A stretch of DNA of 64,000 bases from Oligoflexales bacterium (lineage in GTDB: Bacteria > Bdellovibrionota_B > Oligoflexia > Oligoflexales > CAIYRB01): positions 1-64,000 of the forward strand of contig JBGSUI010000240.1 of NCBI GenBank assembly GCA_041736175.1, in the 5' to 3' direction. Numbering within the stretch: position 1 is the stretch's first letter; the number at the start of each line of letters is the position of its first letter. The notes below the pieces were generated by a model that made no database searches, had not been told where the DNA came from, and saw nothing but the letters and a program-made list of their open reading frames with translations. Below, piece by piece: positions 47,630-57,421 of this stretch. A program made the translations under genes and the position numbers.

Positions 47630-48652
47630 TTAACGGACCGGCATTGGATAGTGAAGACCGCCTTTATTCCATAGGGCATTCATACCCCTGGCGATTTTAA
47701 GGGGTGTGGCTTCGCCGAGATTCCGCTCAAAAACCTCGCCATAGCTACCTACTTGTTTGACAATTGACAACGCCCAATCCGGCCGTAGTCCCAAATCCTT
47801 TCCTACTTCACCCTCAGCCCCTAAAAAACGCCTGACTCCAGGATTTTTACTTGTTTTCAGCTCTCCGTCAATATTTTGACTGGTTAGGCCAAGTTCTTCA
47901 GCCTCCAATAAAGCAAACAAGGTCCAACGCACGATGTCGGCCCATTGATTATCACCATGGCGGACGGCAGGTCCCAAGGGTTCTTTAGAGATCACCTCGC
48001 TGAGCACCATATGATCCGCTGGCTGCTTGAGCTTTGTGCGACTCGCATAAAGTCCAGACTGGTCGGCAGAGAGGACGTCACACCGCCCGGCCTCGTAGGC
48101 AGCCACCACCTCGTCATTTTTCTCAAAGACAACCAGTTTATATTTCATATTTTTGGCGCGAAAAAAGTCGGCGATATTGAGTTCGGTTGTCGTGCCGGTT
48201 TGGGTGCAGATAGTCGCCCCTGCCAGTTCCGTTACCGCTTTAACTCCGGCCTTTTTGGAAACCATAAATCCCTGCCCGTCATAGTAAAGGACTGCCGGAA
48301 AATCCAACCCTAGGGATGCATCCCTTACAAGGGTCCAGCTTGTGTTGCGCGAAAGCAGATCGATTTCTCCAGTCTGCAATGCAGTAAACCTTTCTTTAGC
48401 TGACAGGGGCCGGTATTTGACTTTAGTCCCATCACCTAAGACGGCGACTGCAACTGCTCGGCAGAGATCCACATCGATTCCCGACCAAGAGTTTTTGCTA
48501 TCCGGGGCCGAAAAACCCGCAAGGCCCTGGCTGACTCCGCAGTGGAGTACCCCCCGCTTTTTCACAACCTCGAGAGTGTTGGGAGCTGCTATTCCATGGG
48601 TAGCCAGAAATATCAATGATATGACCAAAAAACAGAAAAAGGAGTGCGGCAT
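47630..48652 (-). CDS. aapJ: General L-amino acid ABC substrate-binding protein
   Basis: CGVSQGL.GF, ERFTALQ.GE.D.L.RNT, ISKEPLGP and VG.YGE.FERN. ATG at 48652 has an AGGAG SD. Confidence 0.92.
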   Translation of the reverse strand: MPHSFFCFLVISLIFLATHGIAAPNTLEVVKKRGVLHCGVSQGLAGFSAPDSKNSWSGIDVDLCRAVAVAVLGDGTKVKYRPLSAKERFTALQTGEIDLLSRNTSWTLVRDASLGLDFPAVLYYDGQGFMVSKKAGVKAVTELAGATICTQTGTTTELNIADFFRAKNMKYKLVVFEKNDEVVAAYEAGRCDVLSADQSGLYASRTKLKQPADHMVLSEVISKEPLGPAVRHGDNQWADIVRWTLFALLEAEELGLTSQNIDGELKTSKNPGVRRFLGAEGEVGKDLGLRPDWALSIVKQVGSYGEVFERNLGEATPLKIARGMNALWNKGGLHYPMPVR

Positions 48653-48781
48653 GGTTTCTCCTAGTAAACTTATGCAAGAGGGCCCCGAAAGTGCTGGAAG
48701 GTCTCGATTTCCAAACAAGACCCCATCTCTACCAAAGAGTTGTCCTGGATTCCAGCACTAATAGCACGATGGTATCCAAAC

Positions 48782-50143
48782 TTAAGGAACAACCTTGCAG
48801 CTCTGACCGTTCTCCCAGCCCCAACCGTCTCCATCTACGTCGGAGGTTTGCGACCTGCAGGGGACCCAAGGAGTGGCACCAGACAAAATTTGGTTGATGT
48901 CCGTTTTGCGATTCATCACCACTCGCCTGAGGCTCTCATAAGACTTTTTCGGCTCACCCTCTTCATACCACCCCGGGACATGACTTGCAGGGTAGTAAGC
49001 CAAGCTATCGATGCGGGCCAAGATACTTTTTTCATCCCAAACAATGGTTAAATAGTAGCTGATGGCATCTTTGAGGTATTGAAAGTATCGAGGGTTTTGC
49101 AAAATTTTTTGGGTCAATCGATGGCTGCGAAAGAAAACTTGGTTGTATGGTACTCCACTGCCTTTTGGATCCACATAATCTGTCAAAACCTGGTCCATAC
49201 CCCGTGGAAACATCATGGCCCGGCCGTTTCTGGGATAAAAATATATAAATGAATTGTTTCGACTCTGAGTAAAACCGTCCCAGTGAACCAAGATTATCTC
49301 CATGGCCCAAAAACGAATAAACTGCTCTATATCCAGGTGCTTTCCAATTTCTGTTAGGTCTGGGCTCTGGTCCCTGAGGACGGCCTGGATCAAGGCGTTC
49401 AAATCGGTGAGACTGTTATCTTCGGGGACCTTAAAACTATCGAGATTTCTTTTAAATCGACTGAGGGCCCATACATCCAGGTCTTCCCCAGCGACTTCAT
49501 AGAGATTACCGATCGGGGACCCTAGGTTTCGTGTTAAAAACTCCCTGTCATATGGCTCCAGATTGACGTACAGGCCAATCTTTTTGTTGTTGGCCCACAC
49601 TTCAATAAAATTGCAATACTGTTTAGGAAAGCCCGCTTTCCCTAAAATCTCGCTGACCAGGCATTGACGAATGAGCGAAGGGTCCTGAACCGAGTTTTTT
49701 AAAACCAGCTCTGTGGTTCCTGTCAGAGCTAACGCAGCCGTTTTAGCTGCCTGGTTGAATTTGGTGAGGTTTAATTTAAGATTCGGCTTGGTGTCTGAAT
49801 AGGAGCCACAAAACGAACTCTTTTTGATGGCGGCATTGGCAAAGGTAACACCATTGATTTTAACGGTAGGGGCGTTGAACGTGTCGAAATGATCACCCAC
49901 ATAATCGAAGTTACACCGACCACCTTTGGGCTGCTGGGTAGCCAGTTTGGCCCAGTCAGGGATCCAGATTTCTATCTTTTGAAGCTTGGAAACATCATAA
50001 AAAAAAGCCCGGGACGAGTTCCCGGAGTCCACTGCAGCGAGTTCGTTTTCCGAACCAGGATTCGATCCAGGTCTGCAACCAAAGATTCCACTCAGTATCA
50101 CAGACCCGAGGAGGATCTTGAACCTTGAAATACGCATCATCAT
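48782..50143 (-). CDS. CotH kinase family lipoprotein with a C-terminal CBM10-like module
   Basis: Lipobox IFGC, KP.LK, L.L.N..QDPS..R, GLY.N.E and HWDG...NN motifs; tail C....SD.DGDGWGWENGQSC. Confidence 0.8.
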   Translation of the reverse strand: MMMRISRFKILLGSVILSGIFGCRPGSNPGSENELAAVDSGNSSRAFFYDVSKLQKIEIWIPDWAKLATQQPKGGRCNFDYVGDHFDTFNAPTVKINGVTFANAAIKKSSFCGSYSDTKPNLKLNLTKFNQAAKTAALALTGTTELVLKNSVQDPSLIRQCLVSEILGKAGFPKQYCNFIEVWANNKKIGLYVNLEPYDREFLTRNLGSPIGNLYEVAGEDLDVWALSRFKRNLDSFKVPEDNSLTDLNALIQAVLRDQSPDLTEIGKHLDIEQFIRFWAMEIILVHWDGFTQSRNNSFIYFYPRNGRAMMFPRGMDQVLTDYVDPKGSGVPYNQVFFRSHRLTQKILQNPRYFQYLKDAISYYLTIVWDEKSILARIDSLAYYPASHVPGWYEEGEPKKSYESLRRVVMNRKTDINQILSGATPWVPCRSQTSDVDGDGWGWENGQSCKVVP

Positions 50144-50266
50144 TTTGGCGCCCTTTATCAGCAGAAATTTAACAGTCTTTTACGAGACTACGGCTGGAAA
50201 TAGCCAGAACCGAGCCCTCGGTAGGACCTAGCGCCTGCCTACCTAAAAATCAAGACCTATTATGGT

Positions 50267-51223
50267 TTAAAAGAGCTCCCAAATCTCCTGAAAGAGCTTG
50301 GGGTCTCTAATAAATCCAAGATGGGGCTCAAAATCGGGACCAGTATAAGACTTCTGAATATTCTTAACCTGATCGATTGGACTCGAATGGAGCAGATTGT
50401 AGTTGGTTTGATAATAATTCACCCACGGTTTTGCGGGCTTAATTTTGTCAAGGTTCGGCTGTGAAATATCTCGGGGTGCTCGCACACATCCAGGTTGGGG
50501 AATACCCGAAAACAGCACATCGATAAATCCTTGGGGCGTACACTCCACCTTGCTGATAGGATCAAGAGTCACCATGACATGAAGTTTAAATTGCGGATCG
50601 AGAAGAGGTGCTAATTTCATCGCTGTCCAACCTCCATAGGAGTGGCCCACAAGGCCAATACGCACCGAATGATGGCCCTTAAGAGAAGTATTGATAAACT
50701 TTGCCATCTCCTCTACCGATGGGGCCGCACCGTGTTTAGGTTGGTGGTCCCAGCTAAAATGAATCTTGTTTGGATCGGTTCCGTAGCAAGACAAAAAAAG
50801 CAGTTTGGTTTCTCCGGATTCAGGTTTGACATTGGCCTTTAAAAAGCCGCCGATCTCAGTCATCGCCTGGTCTAACGGTGTCTCAGGATCGTCGCAGCTA
50901 GTGTATCCACCGAGAACCAAAAGAGCCAAGACTTTTTCTGATTTTTCGAGAGAAGCAACGTCGTCATCTCCTTCGGATGAGCGCGACGAAGAACTTGAAG
51001 GAATCACAGGATTCTTTTCACTACCGCCACTGGAAGTCGGTGAGGTCGCAGAAACCGGATTTCCAGATGGGTCCAGGGAGGCTTGGTCGTTACCGGCACT
51101 CTGCCCCCTAAGGTCCACGGGGTCGTCTTTTCCACAGGAAGATAAAATCCCTGCTAACGCTAATAAAACTAAAACTTCGGTTAGGTTTCGCAAACGGGGT
51201 TTAGGGACCACAACCATAGGCAC
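50267..51223 (-). CDS. Alpha/beta hydrolase lipoprotein
   Basis: Lipobox LSSC, GHSYGG, TLDP and a C-terminal His. Confidence 0.8.
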   Translation of the reverse strand: MPMVVVPKPRLRNLTEVLVLLALAGILSSCGKDDPVDLRGQSAGNDQASLDPSGNPVSATSPTSSGGSEKNPVIPSSSSSRSSEGDDDVASLEKSEKVLALLVLGGYTSCDDPETPLDQAMTEIGGFLKANVKPESGETKLLFLSCYGTDPNKIHFSWDHQPKHGAAPSVEEMAKFINTSLKGHHSVRIGLVGHSYGGWTAMKLAPLLDPQFKLHVMVTLDPISKVECTPQGFIDVLFSGIPQPGCVRAPRDISQPNLDKIKPAKPWVNYYQTNYNLLHSSPIDQVKNIQKSYTGPDFEPHLGFIRDPKLFQEIWELF

Positions 51224-51267
51224 TCCTGAGATACAGTTCTAATCCTCATTAATAAGGCTCGTGAACT

Positions 51268-51294
51268 GTTCGGCTTATTTTGGTTAAGACTTTA
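51268..51294 (-). promoter_or_regulatory. Sigma-28-type promoter
   Basis: TAAAG-N15-GCCGAAC. Confidence 0.55.
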
Positions 51295-51326
51295 ATTTAA
51301 TTATTTTTTAGAATATTTACAATGAC

Positions 51327-53114
51327 TTATTTGTTTACATTAAAACGATCCCGGTTCCCAAGAACAGCAAGCTGCTGGCACTGAGACTTTAAGACTAATG
51401 CAATATATTCATCGATAGACCAAAGATGGGCGACCGGGTTTGCGACAAAGTAAAGGGCAGTCGCTAAAACCGTAATATCTCTAAACTTATTACCATTTAT
51501 CTCATGACGCGCATCCCCCAAGATCGGGTGCTCAAGGTGTAGGTCTTGTTCAAGATCCACCAGTGTGCTGTGGATCGAAACAAAATTTAACAGAATTTTG
51601 CTGTAGGAATTGGTGACCAGATGTCCGGAGGGTTCCGACCGAAATTCGATTTTTGGTTTATAGAACTTTGCTTCTAGAGCCTGCCACACGGCAATCACCT
51701 GCTGGGTGAGATTAGCACCCCCACGGGAGCTTTGGTCCTCAGACAAACCAAAATCACTTGAGAGAGTCTTCGCAAAAAGTTGGGTGAGACTCTCCTGGTG
51801 CTTTGGTTGGGTACATAGATGACGCAAAGGCTTAGTGGCTTGACCAAAATAAAAGGGAACATCCTGCATCAGAAGATCGATTTTTGTCGGAAAAAACTTG
51901 TAGGGACTGGAGCTCGGCATCTTTTCGAGCAGATCAGGATGATCTGCCAAAAATTTAAACTCGACCACATCAGCAAGCATTTCGGCAAAGATGGGTGTTA
52001 GGGCAACTGGCAGGCGGGCCGATAGAAAGCTGTGGATCCAAGACTCGACCCTTGGGGTGTTTAAGGAAGCTTCGTTTTCTTTGACCACGATGGCTTGGTT
52101 TAATAAATCGGGAGTCAGCTCTATCGCTTGGCTAAGGGGCGCCGAAAAACCCGCCATCATCTGGTAGTGCCTATCAAAAGGGACAAGACTTGCTTGCCAG
52201 CCATGCCCCCAAAGATCGTGGACGATATACTTATCAACCTCCTGGAGAGGCAGAATAGAAACCATCCGACTTAGCAGAGATTTGACAGTGGCACGGTCCA
52301 TTTTGCATTTTTGCATCAAAGATTGGATCACGACAGGATCCATCTTTTCAAAATCAAAGGAGCCAAAGGCCGGAAATCTAGCAAATTGATCTTGTTTAAA
52401 TCTGCGGATCTCTTTTAGAAAAGTTGAGATTTGATCCCTGGCCTCAGAGGTTCGCTGGCTATGCCATGGAGTAAGCAGCTCGCCGTCGGCAAACGGTATA
52501 CAAAAGCTCCAAAGGGTACCGCTGGTGATCAGCTCAACCTCTCCGGCACAGAGCGGCACTGCGGGGTAAAAGGCCTGAAAGGCTTTGAGAACCTGCTCTT
52601 TTTGTGCGGCTCCTGAATGGTTTCTGATCTTAAAGTCATCAAGGAGAGACTCGATCACCAAACTCTTTTGTGCCGCAAGGACTAGACAGTCTTGGAGTCG
52701 ACCCTCGATGCGAACAATCGCTTCTGAACTGAGTTGAAAAGACGTGGCAAACTGTTTCCAATCAATCTTTGGCAACAAATCGGCATCGCTTGCGTGATGG
52801 CTCAAAGTTTCCGAGCCAGCAGTGTCCAATAGACCACGGGGCCCTAAGACCACCCGTGAGAGGAGTGTGGACTGGGCTACAGCCTCCACAAAGATTTCGT
52901 TGAGGTGGGGACGCTGGTCTTGAAACTGGTGATGGCGGTCTGCCTCCAGGAGAGTCCGTGCAGCCTTGAGGAGCTCTAGATGATTTGGAAAGAGGTCTTC
53001 CGGCTTCTCAAGCCTGTCTTCGAGATGTTTCAGGACAACCAAGAGCGGCTGCCAGAGATTTGGTAAAGACAAATTATTTATAGAGTTAGCGTCTAGGTGG
53101 ATAAGCTCCCCCAT
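51327..53114 (-). CDS. Hypothetical protein, possible zincin-like metalloprotein
   Basis: 595-aa ORF with a GGGAG SD, HDLWGH and a downstream AEMLAD. Confidence 0.6.
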   Translation of the reverse strand: MGELIHLDANSINNLSLPNLWQPLLVVLKHLEDRLEKPEDLFPNHLELLKAARTLLEADRHHQFQDQRPHLNEIFVEAVAQSTLLSRVVLGPRGLLDTAGSETLSHHASDADLLPKIDWKQFATSFQLSSEAIVRIEGRLQDCLVLAAQKSLVIESLLDDFKIRNHSGAAQKEQVLKAFQAFYPAVPLCAGEVELITSGTLWSFCIPFADGELLTPWHSQRTSEARDQISTFLKEIRRFKQDQFARFPAFGSFDFEKMDPVVIQSLMQKCKMDRATVKSLLSRMVSILPLQEVDKYIVHDLWGHGWQASLVPFDRHYQMMAGFSAPLSQAIELTPDLLNQAIVVKENEASLNTPRVESWIHSFLSARLPVALTPIFAEMLADVVEFKFLADHPDLLEKMPSSSPYKFFPTKIDLLMQDVPFYFGQATKPLRHLCTQPKHQESLTQLFAKTLSSDFGLSEDQSSRGGANLTQQVIAVWQALEAKFYKPKIEFRSEPSGHLVTNSYSKILLNFVSIHSTLVDLEQDLHLEHPILGDARHEINGNKFRDITVLATALYFVANPVAHLWSIDEYIALVLKSQCQQLAVLGNRDRFNVNK

Positions 53115-53137
53115 TTAGTTCTCCCTTTTTTGGAATT

Positions 53138-53164
53138 CTTCGGTTATCATTTTGGAGTACTTAG
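53138..53164 (-). promoter_or_regulatory. Sigma-28-type promoter
   Basis: CTAAG-N15-ACCGAAG. Confidence 0.45.
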
Positions 53165-53273
53165 ACTCAAAGAGTAGGGACCTAACGGAGAGAATCTCTT
53201 AATAGGGTAACATAGGGCTTTTTAGGCAGATAGGGGCTCTAGGGTTTGTGATTGCCATGAGAAAGGTAAATGA

Positions 53274-54992
53274 ATGCGACAATTCACAGAGACTTATTGG
53301 TGTAAAAAGATATTATTTGGCCTGTTTGTGATTTTTTCCCAAAAAGCTCTTGGTGTCAATTTTATTGACGCCGCGCCTCTGGGCGCATTGATCAAAGAGC
53401 CTGTCGCCTCTTGCAAGGGCGAAAAGACCATCCAGGTCCCAGTGATTACTTGGGGTGGGGACATGATGACTATCTTTGCCAATGGTGGCAAGACAACCCA
53501 GCCCGCCAGCCTGTTTGGGAAATCTGGTCTCAGCCTCCAATTGGTTAGGGAGGATATTTTTACCAACCAAATCAAATCCTATCTTGCCTGTAAAACACCG
53601 TTTTTAAGGGGCACATTAGGAATGATCAATCTGGCCGCACCCCTCACGGATGTCGACCCTAAATCGAAAATGATTGTGATCCACCAGCTAACCTGGTCGG
53701 CTGGCGGCGATGCCTTGGTGGTTAAAAGTGGGATCTCCAAACCAGCAGACCTGAAGGGTAAAACCATTGCTCTCCAGGCTTACGGTCCCCATCTGGATTA
53801 TTTAGGAAAGATCCTCGATGATGCAGGCCTAACCATTAAAGACGTCCAGTTGAAATGGGTCAAAGATCTGACAGGAACTGCCCAATCTCCGGCGGCAGCC
53901 CTTCGAACTCAGGGGATCGATGCTGCTGTCGTGATCATTCCCGATGCCTTAGCATTGACATCAAATGGATCCGTTGGGACAGGAGCCGAAGATTCTGTCA
54001 AGGGTGCCTCGATCCTCTTATCGACTAAATCGGCAAGTAAGATCATTGCAGATGTCTATGCGGTGCGATCGGATTTTTATGAACAAAATAAAGAGCTGGT
54101 CCAAAAATTTGTAACGACTCTTATCCAGGCCCAAGGCGATCTCGCCCAGCTCTGGAAACAAAAAGAAAGTGCACCCTATAAGGACTTTCTAACCCTGTCG
54201 GCACAAATTCTGCTCGACAGCCCCCAAGCCACCAAGGACGTGGAAGGGATGTACGCCGATGCTGAGATGCTAGGAGCTGCAGATAATGAGCGCTTTTTCA
54301 ATGATGGAAAATACCCGCGAAATTTTGCGGCTTTAAACTCAGAAATAGCCCCTATTCTAACAGCTCTCAAGCTTATTGATAAAGCGACTCCCTTAAAGGC
54401 AGCCCAATGGGACTATAAAACACTGGGTCTCCTAGGTGCTGGCGACCGCTTACCCAAGCAAAGATTCGATACCGACCAAGTGGCCAAGGCCGTCATGCGC
54501 AAAGACCAGCAAGGAACCCTCAATGATTCCTCCTTGTTTTCCTTCGAGGTGGTTTTTAAGCCCAATCAAAACTCTTTTAGCGCTGACGACTATGAAAAAG
54601 AGTTTAAAAAGGTGGTCAGTTTAGCCTCAACCTATGGGGGAGCAGTGATCACGGTCGAAGGCCACTCAGATCCCATGGCTTATCTCAAGCAGCAAAAACA
54701 AGGGACGACAGATGTGGTCCTCAACCGACTCAAACAGTCCGCAAAGAATCTCAGTCTTACCCGTGCCCAGGTGGTGCGTGATGCCCTTATTAAGTATGCA
54801 GAAGCCCAGTCCATCAGTCTCGATCCTAGCCAATTTGCACTGGTAGGCCATGGGATTGCAAAACCAAAGACGGGAGTCTGTGGTACTGATCCTTGCCAGC
54901 CAAAATCTGAGAAAGAATGGTTAAGTAATATGCGAGTCGAATTTCGAATCGTCCAAATGGAAGCAGAAGAATCTGTCTTTAAGCCTCTTTAG
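53274..54992 (+). CDS. NMT1/SsuA-type substrate-binding protein fused to an OmpA-like domain
   Basis: Signal peptide, WSAGGDALV, DLKGKTIA and IADVYAV, then VEGHSD..LS..RA..V and NMRVEF. Confidence 0.85.
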   Translation: MRQFTETYWCKKILFGLFVIFSQKALGVNFIDAAPLGALIKEPVASCKGEKTIQVPVITWGGDMMTIFANGGKTTQPASLFGKSGLSLQLVREDIFTNQIKSYLACKTPFLRGTLGMINLAAPLTDVDPKSKMIVIHQLTWSAGGDALVVKSGISKPADLKGKTIALQAYGPHLDYLGKILDDAGLTIKDVQLKWVKDLTGTAQSPAAALRTQGIDAAVVIIPDALALTSNGSVGTGAEDSVKGASILLSTKSASKIIADVYAVRSDFYEQNKELVQKFVTTLIQAQGDLAQLWKQKESAPYKDFLTLSAQILLDSPQATKDVEGMYADAEMLGAADNERFFNDGKYPRNFAALNSEIAPILTALKLIDKATPLKAAQWDYKTLGLLGAGDRLPKQRFDTDQVAKAVMRKDQQGTLNDSSLFSFEVVFKPNQNSFSADDYEKEFKKVVSLASTYGGAVITVEGHSDPMAYLKQQKQGTTDVVLNRLKQSAKNLSLTRAQVVRDALIKYAEAQSISLDPSQFALVGHGIAKPKTGVCGTDPCQPKSEKEWLSNMRVEFRIVQMEAEESVFKPL

Positions 54993-55000
54993 GGAGTCCT

Positions 55001-55801
55001 ATGAATAAAAGAGCCAAAGGAAAAAATAAGTCTTCAGGTACTGTTATTGGGTTTGTTGTCATCGCTTTGGTTGGCTATGGCGTCTACCTTATGTTTAAGC
55101 CTGGCGATCAAGTGGATGGAGCACCCCCCTCAGCCACACCAGTCAAAAGGCCCTGGCCAAGGGTCGTAGACGCTGGAAATCCAGAGGAGAGCAAATCCAC
55201 AGGAGCATCTCTCGCCCTGGCTGCTAAAAATTACTACGTGGTCTTTGATGCCTCGGGGAGCATGGGTGTCTCGGGTTGTTCGGGAAGTAGCGACAAAATG
55301 CATGTGGCCAAGGAGTCTCTCGTTAAGTTTGCATCCTCTGTACCTGAAAACGCCCATCTTGGCTTGACAGTCTTTGACGGCCAAGGAGTCAGAGAAGTGG
55401 TTCCCCTTGGAATTCAGAATCGAAAAGAGTTTACCTCAGCGGTGACCGGGTTGACCCCAGGGGGATCGACCCCCCTAAAAAGCGCTATGACCCTTGGTGC
55501 AGAAAAACTCGAAGACCAAGCTCGCAAACAATTGGCTTATGGCGAGTATAATCTCGTCGTGGTGACCGATGGCGAAGCTGACAAAGGCGAAGATCCAAGA
55601 CCGGTGGTGGATGACCTCCTTTTAAACTCTCCCGTCATCATCCATACGGTGGGATTTTGTATCGGTTCAGACCATTCCCTTAACCAACCTTCCAAGGTTC
55701 TCTATAAAGCTGCCAATGAACCGGGGGAGCTGACTAAGGGCCTTGAGGATGTTCTAGCGGAGTCGGAATCCTTTGATGTGTCGACCTTTACCAGTCCTTA
55801 G
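55001..55801 (+). CDS. Membrane-anchored vWA domain protein
   Basis: N-terminal TM and MIDAS motifs DASGSM, GSTPL, VVTDG, plus IHTVGF. Confidence 0.9.
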   Translation: MNKRAKGKNKSSGTVIGFVVIALVGYGVYLMFKPGDQVDGAPPSATPVKRPWPRVVDAGNPEESKSTGASLALAAKNYYVVFDASGSMGVSGCSGSSDKMHVAKESLVKFASSVPENAHLGLTVFDGQGVREVVPLGIQNRKEFTSAVTGLTPGGSTPLKSAMTLGAEKLEDQARKQLAYGEYNLVVVTDGEADKGEDPRPVVDDLLLNSPVIIHTVGFCIGSDHSLNQPSKVLYKAANEPGELTKGLEDVLAESESFDVSTFTSP

Positions 55802-55812
55802 TGGGATTTTTT

Positions 55813-57405
55813 ATGAATAGTCCAACCACTGGAAATGCAAAAATCATCGGTGTGATCGTGATGCTTATCGTCGGAGCGGCAGCCATGATCGCTTACCGTT
55901 TGGTCGCGCCCCAGATCAAAGATCAGCAGCAGGCAGACTCCTCTGATGCTGCGGGGACCAAAGGCACCATTAAAGTCGGCATAGACAGCTGGGTGGGCTA
56001 TATTCCCCTCTGTAGTAAGATCATGCGCCAAGAGATGCGTGCAAAGGGGTATCTCTGGGTTTGTGAAGACGACCAAGGCAACTACAAAGACAGGTTTAGC
56101 AATCTTTCCAAGGGCCAGATCCAACTAGCCGTCAGCACCATCGATGCCCTGCTGGTCAACGGCGCGGCCTATGACGACCCTGGTGTCATCATCGCTGTCC
56201 TCGACGAATCAAAAGGAGGTGACGCTTTAGTGGCCGATAAAGCGAAGTACAAAAATCTAGATCAGGTTAAAAAATCCACAGAAAAGCTCAGGATCGCCTT
56301 TACTCCGGCATCGCCCAGCGAGTATTTTCTGACTGCAGTGGGAGTTCACTTTGATATCCCCAAGTTTCTCAAGCAAGGTGAATCCAAACGGATCGAAGTC
56401 GAAGGTGCTGAGCAGGCCTTTAAAAAGCTGAAAAACAAAGATGCGGATATCGCGGTCCTTTGGGAGCCTTTTGTTTCGATGGCTATGGCATCGGGCGATC
56501 ATGCGGTGCTGCTATCGACCCGAGACTCCGCACAGGTTATCGTTGACGTGCTCCTTGCCCAGAGGACTTTCGCCCAGCAAAATCCCAGCTTAATACAGGA
56601 CATTCTTTCGGCCTACTTTCATACATTAAAACAGTTTCGAAATGACTCCCAATCCCTCCACCAGGAAGTCGCTGCCCAATCGAAACTCCAAGCCGATATG
56701 GTAGGACCTGTCCTCAAAGGTGTAAACTGGTTTACATTGATGCAAAATGCCCGTGATTGGTTTGGCCTGATCGCCCAGCCTAACGGCAAAAAGACCGAAG
56801 GACTCGCGGACGCCATAGAATCCACGGCAAAAATCCTCCTGGAAAGCCGATTTCTCCCTAAGAATCCTATCCCTGGCGGTGATCCCTTCCGGCTGCAAAA
56901 CAAGTCCTATCTAGAGGCACTCTACCAGTCTGGAGTGGGCGTAACCCTGACTAGCCTTGGAGATGAGCAAAGTGGTCTTACCAATTCCTTAACACGCCCC
57001 TTTACGGATCTTGACGCTCAGGGCTGGAGCCAACTCATCGAGGTTGGGTCCCTTAAGGTACGGCCCATTGCTTTTCAAAGTGGGACCGGAGAACTCGGCG
57101 ACGAAAGCCGTGCCGAGCTTGATGCTGCAGCCCAGCATCTAGCCCATTACCCCAATTTTCGGATTTTGGTCAAAGGTCACACAGGTGTGTCTGGAGAACC
57201 CGAAGCAAATCGACAGCTCTCGGAGGCAAGAGCCCAATCGGTAGTTGATTATTTGGTCACACAGCACCAGATCAGCCGTTCTCGCCTTAGACCCGTAGGT
57301 CTTGGTGGCACAAATCCCCTTCCCCGCCAGCTCGACGAGTCTGATCGGGCTTTTAACTATCGACTACCACGGGTGGAAATCTCCTTGGTTTCTGAGATGT
57401 ATTGA
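55813..57405 (+). CDS. Membrane-anchored substrate-binding protein fused to an OmpA-like domain
   Basis: TM, DSWVGY, DESKGGDA, VLWEP and IVDVL, then KGHT..N..LS..RA.SV and PRVEI. Confidence 0.85.
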   Translation: MNSPTTGNAKIIGVIVMLIVGAAAMIAYRLVAPQIKDQQQADSSDAAGTKGTIKVGIDSWVGYIPLCSKIMRQEMRAKGYLWVCEDDQGNYKDRFSNLSKGQIQLAVSTIDALLVNGAAYDDPGVIIAVLDESKGGDALVADKAKYKNLDQVKKSTEKLRIAFTPASPSEYFLTAVGVHFDIPKFLKQGESKRIEVEGAEQAFKKLKNKDADIAVLWEPFVSMAMASGDHAVLLSTRDSAQVIVDVLLAQRTFAQQNPSLIQDILSAYFHTLKQFRNDSQSLHQEVAAQSKLQADMVGPVLKGVNWFTLMQNARDWFGLIAQPNGKKTEGLADAIESTAKILLESRFLPKNPIPGGDPFRLQNKSYLEALYQSGVGVTLTSLGDEQSGLTNSLTRPFTDLDAQGWSQLIEVGSLKVRPIAFQSGTGELGDESRAELDAAAQHLAHYPNFRILVKGHTGVSGEPEANRQLSEARAQSVVDYLVTQHQISRSRLRPVGLGGTNPLPRQLDESDRAFNYRLPRVEISLVSEMY

Positions 57406-57421
57406 GAGGAATCGTTGGCCT

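Noticed and set aside
50155..50181. Additional sigma-28-like site AAAAG-N14-GCTGATAA
   Set aside because: Mismatched in both boxes and too close to the start codon to leave room for the SD.
53236..53270. Guanidine-I (ykkC) riboswitch suggested by CTCTAGGGTT
   Set aside because: The following CCG and the conserved 3' stem are absent.
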